This document shows, one piece after another, positions 1 to 11,556 of a stretch of 32,000 nt of DNA. The notes beneath the pieces were generated by a model. That model worked only from the letters and a program-made list of their open reading frames with translations. It did not search any database and had not been told where the DNA came from. The stretch's first letter is position 1. Every line of letters begins with the position of its first letter. The position numbers were made by a program, and so were the translations under genes. The stretch is taken from the NCBI RefSeq assembly GCF_029893085.1, contig NZ_JARXWI010000023.1:1-32000 (forward strand). The letters run 5' to 3'. The DNA is from Parabacteroides sp. PFB2-10. GTDB lineage: Bacteria > Bacteroidota > Bacteroidia > Bacteroidales > Tannerellaceae.

Positions 1-12
1 CCTTTATGCAGC

Positions 13-77
13 ACCCCCAGTCGTTCGCTTCGCTCTCTTCACTGGGGGTTATTAGGAGTTAAACGCCTATGGGCGTT
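13..77 (+). other. Pair of stem-loops at the window edge (possible terminators of an off-window upstream gene, or a REP-like extragenic element)
   Basis: Seen directly: ACCCCCAGT (13-21) pairs with ACTGGGGGT (41-49) around a 19-nt loop containing CGTTCGCTTCGCT. AACGCC (62-67) pairs with GGCGTT (72-77), loop TATG. No convincing ORF on either strand. Function not established. Confidence 0.3.
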
Positions 78-112
78 ACCTGCTTACCTTCACATTTTCC
101 CAAATTGGAATA

Positions 113-156
113 TCCCTCACTCCTTTCTCCCCTTCTCCTTTTTCCTTTCTCCTTCC
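113..156 (+). repeat. Homopyrimidine (C/T) low-complexity tract
   Basis: 113-156 holds 43 pyrimidines and one purine (A119). 120-156 is 37 nt of uninterrupted C/T. TCCTTTCTCC occurs twice (121-130 and 143-152). Confidence 0.9.
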
Positions 157-425
157 AATATTACATAATCTGAAGATCAACAGCAATAGCGGAGCAGTTA
201 CTTCCGGATTGAAAGTCATTTTTTTCTGTTAAAAGCAATATGTAGTACACAATTTATATATAAACGACTGATTATCAATATCCGATTAGGCTATTTTGTA
301 GATCATAAATAGCCCATAAACAGGCTTTTGTAGGTATTATATAGACCCTTTTTTTATGGTTTACATCTTCAAACCGACTATTCTTGTGATCAAAGCTTTT
401 TATTACTTAATCTAATATTCAAGTC

Positions 426-3400
426 ATGGGAATAACACAAATTCACAGTCGGTCGAAGGCCGGCTCTTTCCTTAAGGCAACCATTTTCATGGTGCTTTTC
501 TCTCTTTTGCCTTTGCTGTCGTTCGCGCAGGAAACAGTTGTAAAGGGAGTCGTCTATGATGATCTTAATACTCCGGCAACGGGGGTTAATATCTTGAAAA
601 AAGGGACTACTGTCGGTACCATTACGGATATTGACGGAGCCTTTGAAATAGCAGTGCGTCAAGGCGACGTATTGATTTTCTCCTATATCGGGTTTGTAAC
701 GGAAGAGGTCACCTACAATGGGCAGGCGCGCTTGGAGGTCAGACTCAGAGAAGACACGGAGAAACTGGATGAAGTAGTGGTTATCGGCTATGGTTCGATG
801 AAAAAGAGCGACCTCACCGGTGCGATCTCCTCGGTTAATGTTGATGAACTGGCCAGTCGCGCCACCACCAATCCCGCGGAGGCGTTGCAGGGTAAAATTT
901 CCGGTGTCAACATCCGTAAGTCAGGAGGTAACGCGGGCGCCGGCGTATCGGTAAAGATTCGTGGGGTGAAATCGTTTGGCGACAATGAGCCACTTTACAT
1001 CATCGACGGATTTCCCGGAAGCATCAACAATGTAAACCCGCAAGACATTGCCTCCATGGAGGTGTTGAAAGACGGTGCCGCTGCAGCCATCTACGGGTCG
1101 ACAGCAGCCAACGGCGTTATCATTGTCACCACAAAGAATGGGAAGAAAGGGGAAATCAAAGTCGATTTCAATGCCTACCTCAACAGCACACAGGTAGCGA
1201 AAAAGCTGGAAATGCTGGACGCCAAGGGTTATGTGCAGGTGCATAAGCAGATGTACGACAACTACAACGCGCAGTATCCCAAAGGCGCAGTGGAGCTACC
1301 GGGTTATATCACCAGCCCCGGCAGTGTGAATACCAACTGGCAGGATGAAGTCTTCCGCAACGGTCTCTCTCAGAACTATATGGTAAGTGTACGCGGAGGT
1401 AGTGAGAACGCGCGTTTCTCTATCTCCTACAATCACGCGGATGATAAAGGAATTCTGTTGGGCAACCATTTCAAACAGGAAAATGCCCGCATGAAAATCT
1501 CTGCTTCGAAGAGTATTTTTGATATTGAAGCTAACCTGGGCTTTCGTGCGACCAAGAGCGAACAGCCTCAGTATTCCTTGAAAGAGGTCTATATGATCTC
1601 GCCATTAGTGCCCGTTTACGATGATACCAAAGAATATGGGTATGGCCTGACCGATAGCAATGGTCTGCCAAGCAACCGTAACGTGATTGCCGACAATCAC
1701 TACCGTGACGCGGTGACCAACAATTACCATATCACGGCCAATGCCGCCATCACGGCAAACTTCACCGACTGGCTGAACTTCAAGACCGCCTATTCGTACC
1801 GGGGAAGCCACCAGCGTTATAAATATCATACACCTCCCTATATCTCCGATGTACGTTCGAAGACTGAATATCCCTATCATAGTGAATCGTCTACCTACTG
1901 GGAAGAGCAGGTGATCGATAATATATTGACATTCAACCGCAGCTTTGGCGACCACTCACTGAATATCATGGCAGGTAACTCGGTTACTTTGCAGGATAGC
2001 AATTGGAACTCGGTAGCTGTCGAAGGGAAAACAATTGTTTACGAAGTAAAAGACGGACAATTGGTATCCAGCGATAAGCCCGCCGGTTTCCTCGATCCTA
2101 ACTTCGCTACCATCGATGCCGGAAAGGGAGGCACTTACACAGGGGAAGGCTCCTTGTATGAATACCGCCGCGTATCATTCTTCGGCCGTTTGAACTATTC
2201 CTACGCCGGTAAATACATGATTCAGGCCACCTTCCGTCAGGACGGTTCCTCTAAGTTCGGTAGCGAAAGCCGCTGGGGATTCTTCCCATCTGTCGCACTC
2301 GGATGGCGTATCTCGGAAGAGGGCTTTTTCCCGCAGGGCGGACTGTTCAATAACCTGAAACTGCGCGCGAGCTGGGGACAACTGGGTAACGAACAGGCGT
2401 TGGGCTATTATGATTTCCAAGCGTTGATATCAACCTATAATAACCTATATGGTGGTTATGTACAGGGCTCGGGTTCGACACCCTGGCCGGGAAGTATTGC
2501 TATGGGATTGGCCAACCGTAGCCTGCAGTGGGAGACGACCGACACCAAGAACGTCGGTGTTGACTTTGGCATCCTGAACGGGAAGCTGCACGGATCGTTC
2601 AACTACTACTACAACCAGACCAAAGATATGTTGATCACCAAGAAACTGGCACCATCCGTAGGTCTTTGGAATCCGGTTATGAACGTAGGGAAGATCCGTA
2701 ATACAGGGATCGAACTGGAACTTAACTGGAACGACCGCGTAGGTGATTTCGATTATAACGTTGGCTTCAACCTCAGCACGACCGACAATAAAGTGGTCGA
2801 ACTATCCGATCCGAAGCAGGCGCTTTATGGCGAAGGCTTGAAGTGGGGAACCGAACACTTCCCGACACAGACACGCGTAGACAGCCCGATTGCCAGCTTC
2901 TTCCTGTATCGCACGGATGGTATCTTCCAGAACGAAGCAGAGGTAGCGGCGCATAAAAACGCCAGTGGTGAACTGTTGCAACCCAATGCCCGCCCGGGTG
3001 ATATCCGTTTCAGAGATGTAAACGAGGATGGAGCTATCAATGAAGAGGACAAAGAGAACTGCGGCGTAGCGATCCCGAAAGTGGAAGCCAACCTTTCCTT
3101 TGGAGCCTCCTACAAAGGATTCGACTTCTCCTTCCTGATCGGAGGAGGATGGGGTGGCAAATTATACAATGCCAACCGCTACTTCTATGAAGGGATGAGC
3201 TCCGGATCGAACTTCCTGAGTACCGCTCTGAATGCCTGGACAACACAAAACACCAATACGGACGTGCCGCGTGCCATATTGCAAGACCCGAACGGGAATG
3301 CCCGCGAATCGGATCGCTTCCTGGAAAATGGAAATTATATCCGTTTGCGCCAGATGCAACTGGGTTATACGCTGCCCGGCTCGCTCTTGAAAAGCATGCA

Positions 3401-3569
3401 TATCGACCGCCTTCGTTTCTATGTAAGTGGCGAAAACCTGTTCACCATCACGCCTTACAACGGGGTCGATCCTGAGTTCTCTCGCGGTTCGGTATTGAAT
3501 ACGGGTATCGATACGCATATCTATCCGTTCACCCGCTCCTATGTGGTCGGTCTTCAACTTACTTTCTAA
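426..3569 (+). CDS. susC: SusC-like TonB-dependent outer-membrane transporter
   Basis: 1047-aa ORF. Signal peptide ends in SFAQE, followed by a carboxypeptidase-regulatory-like N-domain (VKGVVYDD..GVNI). Plug region VVVIGYGSMKKSDLTGAISSV. Long beta-barrel ending in the aromatic LQLTF. A susD gene follows directly. There is no STN-type N-terminal extension. The start could instead be Met22 (489). Confidence 0.95.
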   Translation: MGITQIHSRSKAGSFLKATIFMVLFSLLPLLSFAQETVVKGVVYDDLNTPATGVNILKKGTTVGTITDIDGAFEIAVRQGDVLIFSYIGFVTEEVTYNGQARLEVRLREDTEKLDEVVVIGYGSMKKSDLTGAISSVNVDELASRATTNPAEALQGKISGVNIRKSGGNAGAGVSVKIRGVKSFGDNEPLYIIDGFPGSINNVNPQDIASMEVLKDGAAAAIYGSTAANGVIIVTTKNGKKGEIKVDFNAYLNSTQVAKKLEMLDAKGYVQVHKQMYDNYNAQYPKGAVELPGYITSPGSVNTNWQDEVFRNGLSQNYMVSVRGGSENARFSISYNHADDKGILLGNHFKQENARMKISASKSIFDIEANLGFRATKSEQPQYSLKEVYMISPLVPVYDDTKEYGYGLTDSNGLPSNRNVIADNHYRDAVTNNYHITANAAITANFTDWLNFKTAYSYRGSHQRYKYHTPPYISDVRSKTEYPYHSESSTYWEEQVIDNILTFNRSFGDHSLNIMAGNSVTLQDSNWNSVAVEGKTIVYEVKDGQLVSSDKPAGFLDPNFATIDAGKGGTYTGEGSLYEYRRVSFFGRLNYSYAGKYMIQATFRQDGSSKFGSESRWGFFPSVALGWRISEEGFFPQGGLFNNLKLRASWGQLGNEQALGYYDFQALISTYNNLYGGYVQGSGSTPWPGSIAMGLANRSLQWETTDTKNVGVDFGILNGKLHGSFNYYYNQTKDMLITKKLAPSVGLWNPVMNVGKIRNTGIELELNWNDRVGDFDYNVGFNLSTTDNKVVELSDPKQALYGEGLKWGTEHFPTQTRVDSPIASFFLYRTDGIFQNEAEVAAHKNASGELLQPNARPGDIRFRDVNEDGAINEEDKENCGVAIPKVEANLSFGASYKGFDFSFLIGGGWGGKLYNANRYFYEGMSSGSNFLSTALNAWTTQNTNTDVPRAILQDPNGNARESDRFLENGNYIRLRQMQLGYTLPGSLLKSMHIDRLRFYVSGENLFTITPYNGVDPEFSRGSVLNTGIDTHIYPFTRSYVVGLQLTF

Positions 3570-3593
3570 TCTTATCATTAATACTCATTCGTT

Positions 3594-5105
3594 ATGAAAC
3601 AAATAAAATATTTCACCCTTGCGCTCTTACTTGCCGGAAGCCTGGCAGGTTGCGACGATTTCCTGACGGTACAATCACCCGACGAACTCACCTCCGATTC
3701 TTTCTGGAGAGATAAAGAAGACGCCGAAGCCGGACTGGCTGCCGCCTATTCCAAATTGGAAGCTTCGACCGATACCTGGGAGTTTCCGGAGGTTTACTTC
3801 CCGGTAGAGTCCTATCGCGAAGACATCATCAAGCCGGGATCGGATGCCTACAACTACCCGAACTGGATCGAACTGGCAAACTTCACCTATACAAACGGGA
3901 ACTCACAGTTTACGGCCTACTGGCGCGACAACTATTATGGCATCAACTACAGCAACCAGATTATTGAAAATGTGCCGAACATTCCCCAGGGACAGATCAC
4001 CGAAGAGGATCGTGCCATGATTCAAAACGAGGGCTACTTCTTGCGTGGCTATTACCACATGAAGCTATTGCTCAACTGGGAACAGATCGTTTTGCGCGAT
4101 AAGTATATCTCTTCGACCGACGAGCTCGATAAACCGCTTGCTTCACGCGCCGAAACATGGGATTTCATTATCGACAACTTTACCAAAGCCACCGCCCTCC
4201 CGGCTGAACGCACAACAGAAACACAAGGACGCGCCACGCGTGGAGCCGCCTATGCCTTCCTCGGATGGGCACATCTGACACGCGCTTACGAAGAATCGGC
4301 CAATAAAGAGTCACACCTGAATGCCGCGATCACCGCACTTAATCAGGTAACCGGCTATGAATTAGTCAAAGAATTGCGTAGCCTCTTCGACGGAACAAAC
4401 AAAAACTCCAAAGAGGGTATCTTCGAATTACAATTGACGCTCAACACGGCAAACGGTGCCCGCTATCGCACGCAACTCCATCGTTTCATCGGTTGCGGCG
4501 AACTCTGGGGATGGGAAGAGATTCTTCCAACCGATATCCTGGTAGCGGAATACAAAAAAGAGGGGAAAATAGCCACGACAGGACGCTATGACAGCCGCCT
4601 TTACGAGACATTGTTTATCAAAGATGAATACTTCAATGACCCAGAGGCGGGCAACGTGTATGGCTATACATACGACGAGTGGTTTGAGGGAGCCGACAAA
4701 CCGGCGTTCCGCAAATACATGCCTGCCGATTATGCCGGGATGTATGCCAACTATTTCGCGCCTAATATCATATTGATGCGTTACACCAATGTATTGTTGA
4801 TGAAAGCGGAAGCCCTGAACGAGCTGGGGCGCACATCGGAAGCCATCCCATTGATCAATCAGGTACGCGCCCGGGCGGATATGCCAGCCATGACAGGCAC
4901 ATCGCAAGCCGACGTACGCGCACAGATCGAACATGAACGTATGCTGGAATTCCCATTGGAAAATATGCGTTTCTATGACCTTCGCCGTTGGGGAAAAGTA
5001 AGGGAGGCATTAGCCGCCGCTGGCCGTACCGGTTTCGATCCGGCGAAGAATAATTTCTATCCGGTTCCAATCCAGGAGGTAAACACAAATAACGAAGTCA
5101 ATTAA
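3594..5105 (+). CDS. susD: SusD/RagB-family glycan-binding outer-membrane lipoprotein
   Basis: 503-aa ORF starting 24 nt after susC. Lipoprotein signal LAGSLAGC. SusD-like segments: NYYGINYSNQIIENV, LLMKAEALNELGR, ERMLEFPLENMRFYDLRRWG. Confidence 0.95.
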   Translation: MKQIKYFTLALLLAGSLAGCDDFLTVQSPDELTSDSFWRDKEDAEAGLAAAYSKLEASTDTWEFPEVYFPVESYREDIIKPGSDAYNYPNWIELANFTYTNGNSQFTAYWRDNYYGINYSNQIIENVPNIPQGQITEEDRAMIQNEGYFLRGYYHMKLLLNWEQIVLRDKYISSTDELDKPLASRAETWDFIIDNFTKATALPAERTTETQGRATRGAAYAFLGWAHLTRAYEESANKESHLNAAITALNQVTGYELVKELRSLFDGTNKNSKEGIFELQLTLNTANGARYRTQLHRFIGCGELWGWEEILPTDILVAEYKKEGKIATTGRYDSRLYETLFIKDEYFNDPEAGNVYGYTYDEWFEGADKPAFRKYMPADYAGMYANYFAPNIILMRYTNVLLMKAEALNELGRTSEAIPLINQVRARADMPAMTGTSQADVRAQIEHERMLEFPLENMRFYDLRRWGKVREALAAAGRTGFDPAKNNFYPVPIQEVNTNNEVN

Positions 5106-5116
5106 CAGGTTTTATG

Positions 5117-5153
5117 TCGCATGGGTGTGCCGAATGATCGCGCACCCATGCGA
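5117..5153 (+). promoter_or_regulatory. Intra-operon RNA hairpin between susD and the GH2 gene
   Basis: TCGCATGGGTGTGC (5117-5130) pairs with GCGCACCCATGCGA (5140-5153): 14 bp including one G-U pair, 9-nt loop CGAATGATC. No U-run follows, so this looks more like an attenuator or mRNA-stability element than a full terminator. Confidence 0.5.
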
Positions 5154-5203
5154 TACATTGTACAAAAGAATTACTGCTCTTTCACGTTTGATTGAAAGAT
5201 TAA

Positions 5204-8344
<3,141 letters not shown>

Positions 8345-8359
8345 CAAACACTGAATATC

Positions 8360-10282
8360 ATGAAGAGGAAATCAATCTATACCTGTTCGGCCATCCTACT
8401 GGTATGTCTGGTTCTTGCCTCCTGCTTCCAGCAGGAACAGGAGACCGAACGCATCGCTCTCGAATATGGGAACCTGTTAGATATCCGTTACACGCCGGAT
8501 GGGAAGAGCCGGTGCAACGGATGGTTTACCGATGGCGGCGCCTGGTATGGCTTTACGCCTCCGAAGGCCGACAACTGGGTGAATGGATTTTGTGGTCCTT
8601 TTCATCTGGATATGAACAAACGGAGGTGGATTTCCCAAAGCGTAGTGCAGGTTTGCTTCGAAGAAGAAGACCGTTCGGCTGTTTATCATCCGGACACCGT
8701 TATCTATTACCCCGGTGAGCTCTATCTCAAAGCCTCATCGGCCAAAGGAAGTATCGAACAACGATTGATATTCATCGATTCATCCACCGCCCTGCTCTCC
8801 ATAACCAGTGATCGGGCATCGCATTTCCGCTTCTTCGGGGAAGCCTTGGAGAAAGGAGCCTCTTGCGCTGTCGATAAGAATACATTCCTCCTTACCGGAA
8901 CAAGTGGAGAGGGTGTGGCGGTATCCTTCTCGCCCGAAACTGGCCTGCTAATCGACGAGAATGGCTATGAGACGCTGTCGGTTCGCAAGGGGAAAGCCGA
9001 GGTGGTGATCTCTTTCTATACCGATCCGGCATCACAACGCCAGGCGTTGCAAAAGGCCTCCTTTGTATTGAGCGCCCCCGCACAGTATAAAAAAGAAACG
9101 GAAGATCGCTGGCAGGGCTACCTGACGGCGGCTCTTCGCGAAGATATGCCCGCCGAATTCGACCGGGTGGCGGTGAAAGCCGTCATGACACTTATGGCCA
9201 ATTGGCAAGCGGCGCGCGGCGACCTTTACCACGACGGTGTGGTTCCGAGCCATGGGGTAGGCTACTTTATGGGGTTCTGGGGGTGGGACTCCTGGAAACA
9301 TGCTGTGGCATTGGCTCGTTTCGCGCCGCGCCTGGCCAAAGAGCAGGTGCGTACCATGTTCGACTATCAGACACCCGAAGGCATGATCATCGATTGCATT
9401 TATAGTGAGGCGATAGAAAACAACGCCCGTAACAGCAAACCCCCGTTGGCCGCCTGGGCCGTCGATGCGATCTTCCGGGAAACCGGCGATGCGGAATTCG
9501 TGAAAGAGATCTACCCCAAACTATTGGCTTACTACCGTTGGTGGTATCAATACCGCGATCATAACCGAAACGGCATCTGCGAATTCGGTGCCTGCGATGG
9601 CACACTCGAGGCGGCAGCCTGGGAGAGTGGCATGGATAACGCCATCCGTTTCGATGATTCCCGCATGGTAGAGAACAGCCCGGGCGCCTGGAGCCTCGAT
9701 CAGGAGTCGGTCGATCTGAATAGCTTCCTGGCACTCGAACATCGCCTACTGGGCAAGCTGGCCGCTGTTGCCGGAGAGGAATTCAACGAACCCGATCGCA
9801 CAGCCGATGTACATAATTACTTTTACGCAGACGATCCCGGTTTCTTTTTCGACAAACGCTTAGACGGCAGCTTCGTAATGGAAGAGGGAACGGAAGCCTG
9901 CATTCCACTCTGGGCAGAATTGGCTACCCAAGAACAGGCCGCCTCTTGTGTAGAAATATTCACAAATCCTATTAAATTTGCAACCTATATCCCATTCCCT
10001 ACAATTGCAGCAGACAATCCGAAATTCATGCCTGCCGGTTATTGGAGAGGCCCTATCTGGCTCGATCAGGTCTATTTTGGTATTTCAGGGATGCGTAAAT
10101 ATGGTTATCAGGCAGAGGCCGACCGCTTCACTGAGCAGGTGTTCACCCGCCTGAAAGGATTAACAGGAAGCGCTCCAATCCATGAGAACTATGACACGCA
10201 CGACGGAAGCACCTTAAAGGCGCCTCACTTCAGTTGGAGTGCCGCCCATCTGTTGATGTTGTACTGGGAATATGGGAGGTAG
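8360..10282 (+). CDS. GH63-family (E. coli YgjK-like) alpha-glucosidase, lipoprotein
   Basis: 640-aa ORF with lipobox LVLASC. Blocks recalled from YgjK: WGWDSWKHA (YgjK WDTWKQA), NARNSKPPLAAWAV (NERNTKPSLAAWSV), IYPKLLAYYRWWYQYRDHNRNGICEFGA ([28 protein letters not shown]), ESGMDN. The (alpha/alpha)6-type C-terminus ends in HFSWSAAHLLMLY. Confidence 0.88.
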   Translation: MKRKSIYTCSAILLVCLVLASCFQQEQETERIALEYGNLLDIRYTPDGKSRCNGWFTDGGAWYGFTPPKADNWVNGFCGPFHLDMNKRRWISQSVVQVCFEEEDRSAVYHPDTVIYYPGELYLKASSAKGSIEQRLIFIDSSTALLSITSDRASHFRFFGEALEKGASCAVDKNTFLLTGTSGEGVAVSFSPETGLLIDENGYETLSVRKGKAEVVISFYTDPASQRQALQKASFVLSAPAQYKKETEDRWQGYLTAALREDMPAEFDRVAVKAVMTLMANWQAARGDLYHDGVVPSHGVGYFMGFWGWDSWKHAVALARFAPRLAKEQVRTMFDYQTPEGMIIDCIYSEAIENNARNSKPPLAAWAVDAIFRETGDAEFVKEIYPKLLAYYRWWYQYRDHNRNGICEFGACDGTLEAAAWESGMDNAIRFDDSRMVENSPGAWSLDQESVDLNSFLALEHRLLGKLAAVAGEEFNEPDRTADVHNYFYADDPGFFFDKRLDGSFVMEEGTEACIPLWAELATQEQAASCVEIFTNPIKFATYIPFPTIAADNPKFMPAGYWRGPIWLDQVYFGISGMRKYGYQAEADRFTEQVFTRLKGLTGSAPIHENYDTHDGSTLKAPHFSWSAAHLLMLYWEYGR

Positions 10283-10297
10283 TAAAAAAAGACATCT

Positions 10298-10579
10298 ATG
10301 TTTATTGTCATTGGCATTATGTTTGGCGGGATAGCCATCGGCTATCTCCTGCGCAAAGCAACCTTTCTGAAGCATATCGGGAAACCGATTAACTATACCA
10401 TTATTCTTCTCCTGTTCCTATTGGGCATACAGGTGGGGAGCGATCAGAATATCATCCGCAACCTGCCGCTGCTCGGCGGACAGGCGTTGCTGTTGGCCGT
10501 GGCTGGCACCCTGGGCAGTGTCCTGGCAGCCTGGCTTGTCTATCGATTTGTTTTCAAAAAAAAGGAGGGTAAATCATGA
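10298..10579 (+). CDS. LysO/DUF340 family membrane protein, small N-terminal-type subunit
   Basis: 93-aa hydrophobic ORF. It resembles the N-terminal third of E. coli YbjE/LysO (MF..I....G..IGYL; ILLLFLLGIQVG). Its stop overlaps the next start in ATGA (10576-10579). Confidence 0.8.
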   Translation: MFIVIGIMFGGIAIGYLLRKATFLKHIGKPINYTIILLLFLLGIQVGSDQNIIRNLPLLGGQALLLAVAGTLGSVLAAWLVYRFVFKKKEGKS

Positions 10580-11202
10580 AAGGAAGTCTTATCGTGGTAC
10601 TCTTCTTTGCCTTAGGATGCGTGTTGGGATGGGGATTGAACCTGTTTGAGATCACGATCGAGGGCGATCTCACCCGTTATGTATTATACCTATTGATGCT
10701 TCAGGTGGGAATCAGTATCGGCTGCGATAAAAAGTTGGGAGATATTATCCGTAACATCCGCCCCACCCTATTATTGGTTCCGCTGGCAACCATCATCGGC
10801 ACCCTCTCCTTCTCGGCATTGGTCAGTCTGGTTATCACCCAATGGAGTGTTTTTGACTGTTTGGCGGTAGGCAGCGGTTTTGCCTACTATTCGCTCTCGT
10901 CCATCCTGATCACCGAACTCAAAGAGGCCTCTCTGGGTGTTCAGTTGGCCGCCGAATTGGGCACAATCGCGCTTATGACCAATATTATGCGGGAGATTAT
11001 CACCCTATTGTTCGCCCCACTAATGGTGAAGTATTTCGGACGCCTGGCTCCCATCTGTGCCGGAGGAGCCACCACCATCGACACCACCCTGCCTATCATC
11101 ACCAAATATTCCGGACAAGACCTCGTATTCGTCGCCATCCTGCATGGCATATTGGTCGACCTGAGTGTCCCCCTATTGGTCTCTTTCTTCTGTACGTTAT
11201 AA
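10576..11202 (+). CDS. lysO: LysO (YbjE) family lysine-exporter-like membrane protein, large subunit
   Basis: 208-aa ORF. The C-terminal two thirds align by eye with YbjE: SGFAYYSLSSILITE (YbjE SGFGWYSLSGILLTE), CAGGATTIDTTLPII (CGATSMDFTLPVL), AILHGILVDLSVPLLVSFF (AIVHGFILSLLVPILIAFF). Confidence 0.88.
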   Translation: MKGSLIVVLFFALGCVLGWGLNLFEITIEGDLTRYVLYLLMLQVGISIGCDKKLGDIIRNIRPTLLLVPLATIIGTLSFSALVSLVITQWSVFDCLAVGSGFAYYSLSSILITELKEASLGVQLAAELGTIALMTNIMREIITLLFAPLMVKYFGRLAPICAGGATTIDTTLPIITKYSGQDLVFVAILHGILVDLSVPLLVSFFCTL

Positions 11203-11253
11203 TAAAAATACTACATTCGATATACATCGAAGCAAACATTGCTTTACAATAAT

Positions 11254-11446
11254 TTGCTTTACGCTATCGATTTGCAAAATAACGTTCGCTTCCTAAAGGC
11301 AGAAATATCATTTTGTCAAAACCGCAGGAGAAATTTTCCGAAAACCCGGGACTTTTTTCACAAACCCCCGGGAGAAACACTTTTTAACAATACGAATAGT
11401 AAGCAAAAAGGGCGAGTTTTAGTTAAAATTGCCCTTCCGTGCTTAC
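11254..11446 (+). repeat. Structured intergenic repeat element, copy 1 (paired with 19752-19928)
   Basis: Core A at 11302-11330 is 28/29 identical to 19793-19821. Core B at 11353-11388 is about 32/36 identical to 19845-19879. Bracketed by TTGCTTTAC (11254-11262; also 11239-11247) and its inverse GTAAGCAA (11399-11406). 3' hairpin: GGGCgAGTTTT-agtt-AAAATTGCCC (11410-11434), enclosed by GTAAGCA/TGCTTAC (11399-11405 / 11440-11446). Confidence 0.75.
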
Positions 11447-11556
11447 ACTACGAAATGTTTAAAAAGAGAGAAAAATGGGCAAAAAAGGCGGATTAGGCTT
11501 TATCGGGAGATAATATGTATATTTACACAATAGACGCTCAAAAAACACCGACTAAG

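Noticed and set aside
10298-11202. LysO split into 93-aa and 208-aa ORFs, considered as a possible frameshift pseudogene
   Set aside because: The junction is a clean ATGA stop/start overlap, and both ORFs are intact with a proper ATG. As I recall, two-gene DUF340 pairs of these sizes are common outside Enterobacteria. I therefore treat this as a native split, not a lesion.
11239-11496. 85-aa ORF (and the 80-aa ORF at 19710..19952) lying over the two repeat copies
   Set aside because: The two ORFs read the shared nucleotide cores in different frames, giving unrelated peptides (AEISFCQNRRR vs AKYHFVKIAGV). The conservation is therefore not protein-coding.
11515-11556. N-terminal extensions offered by the ORF track (radical SAM from 11515, prmA from 19743, kinase from 16365, VOC from 29528, third cluster gene from 18173)
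   Set aside because: The extensions start at TTG codons or run through predicted -7/-33 promoter boxes. They also add residues absent from the recognisable family N-termini. Downstream ATGs fit better.
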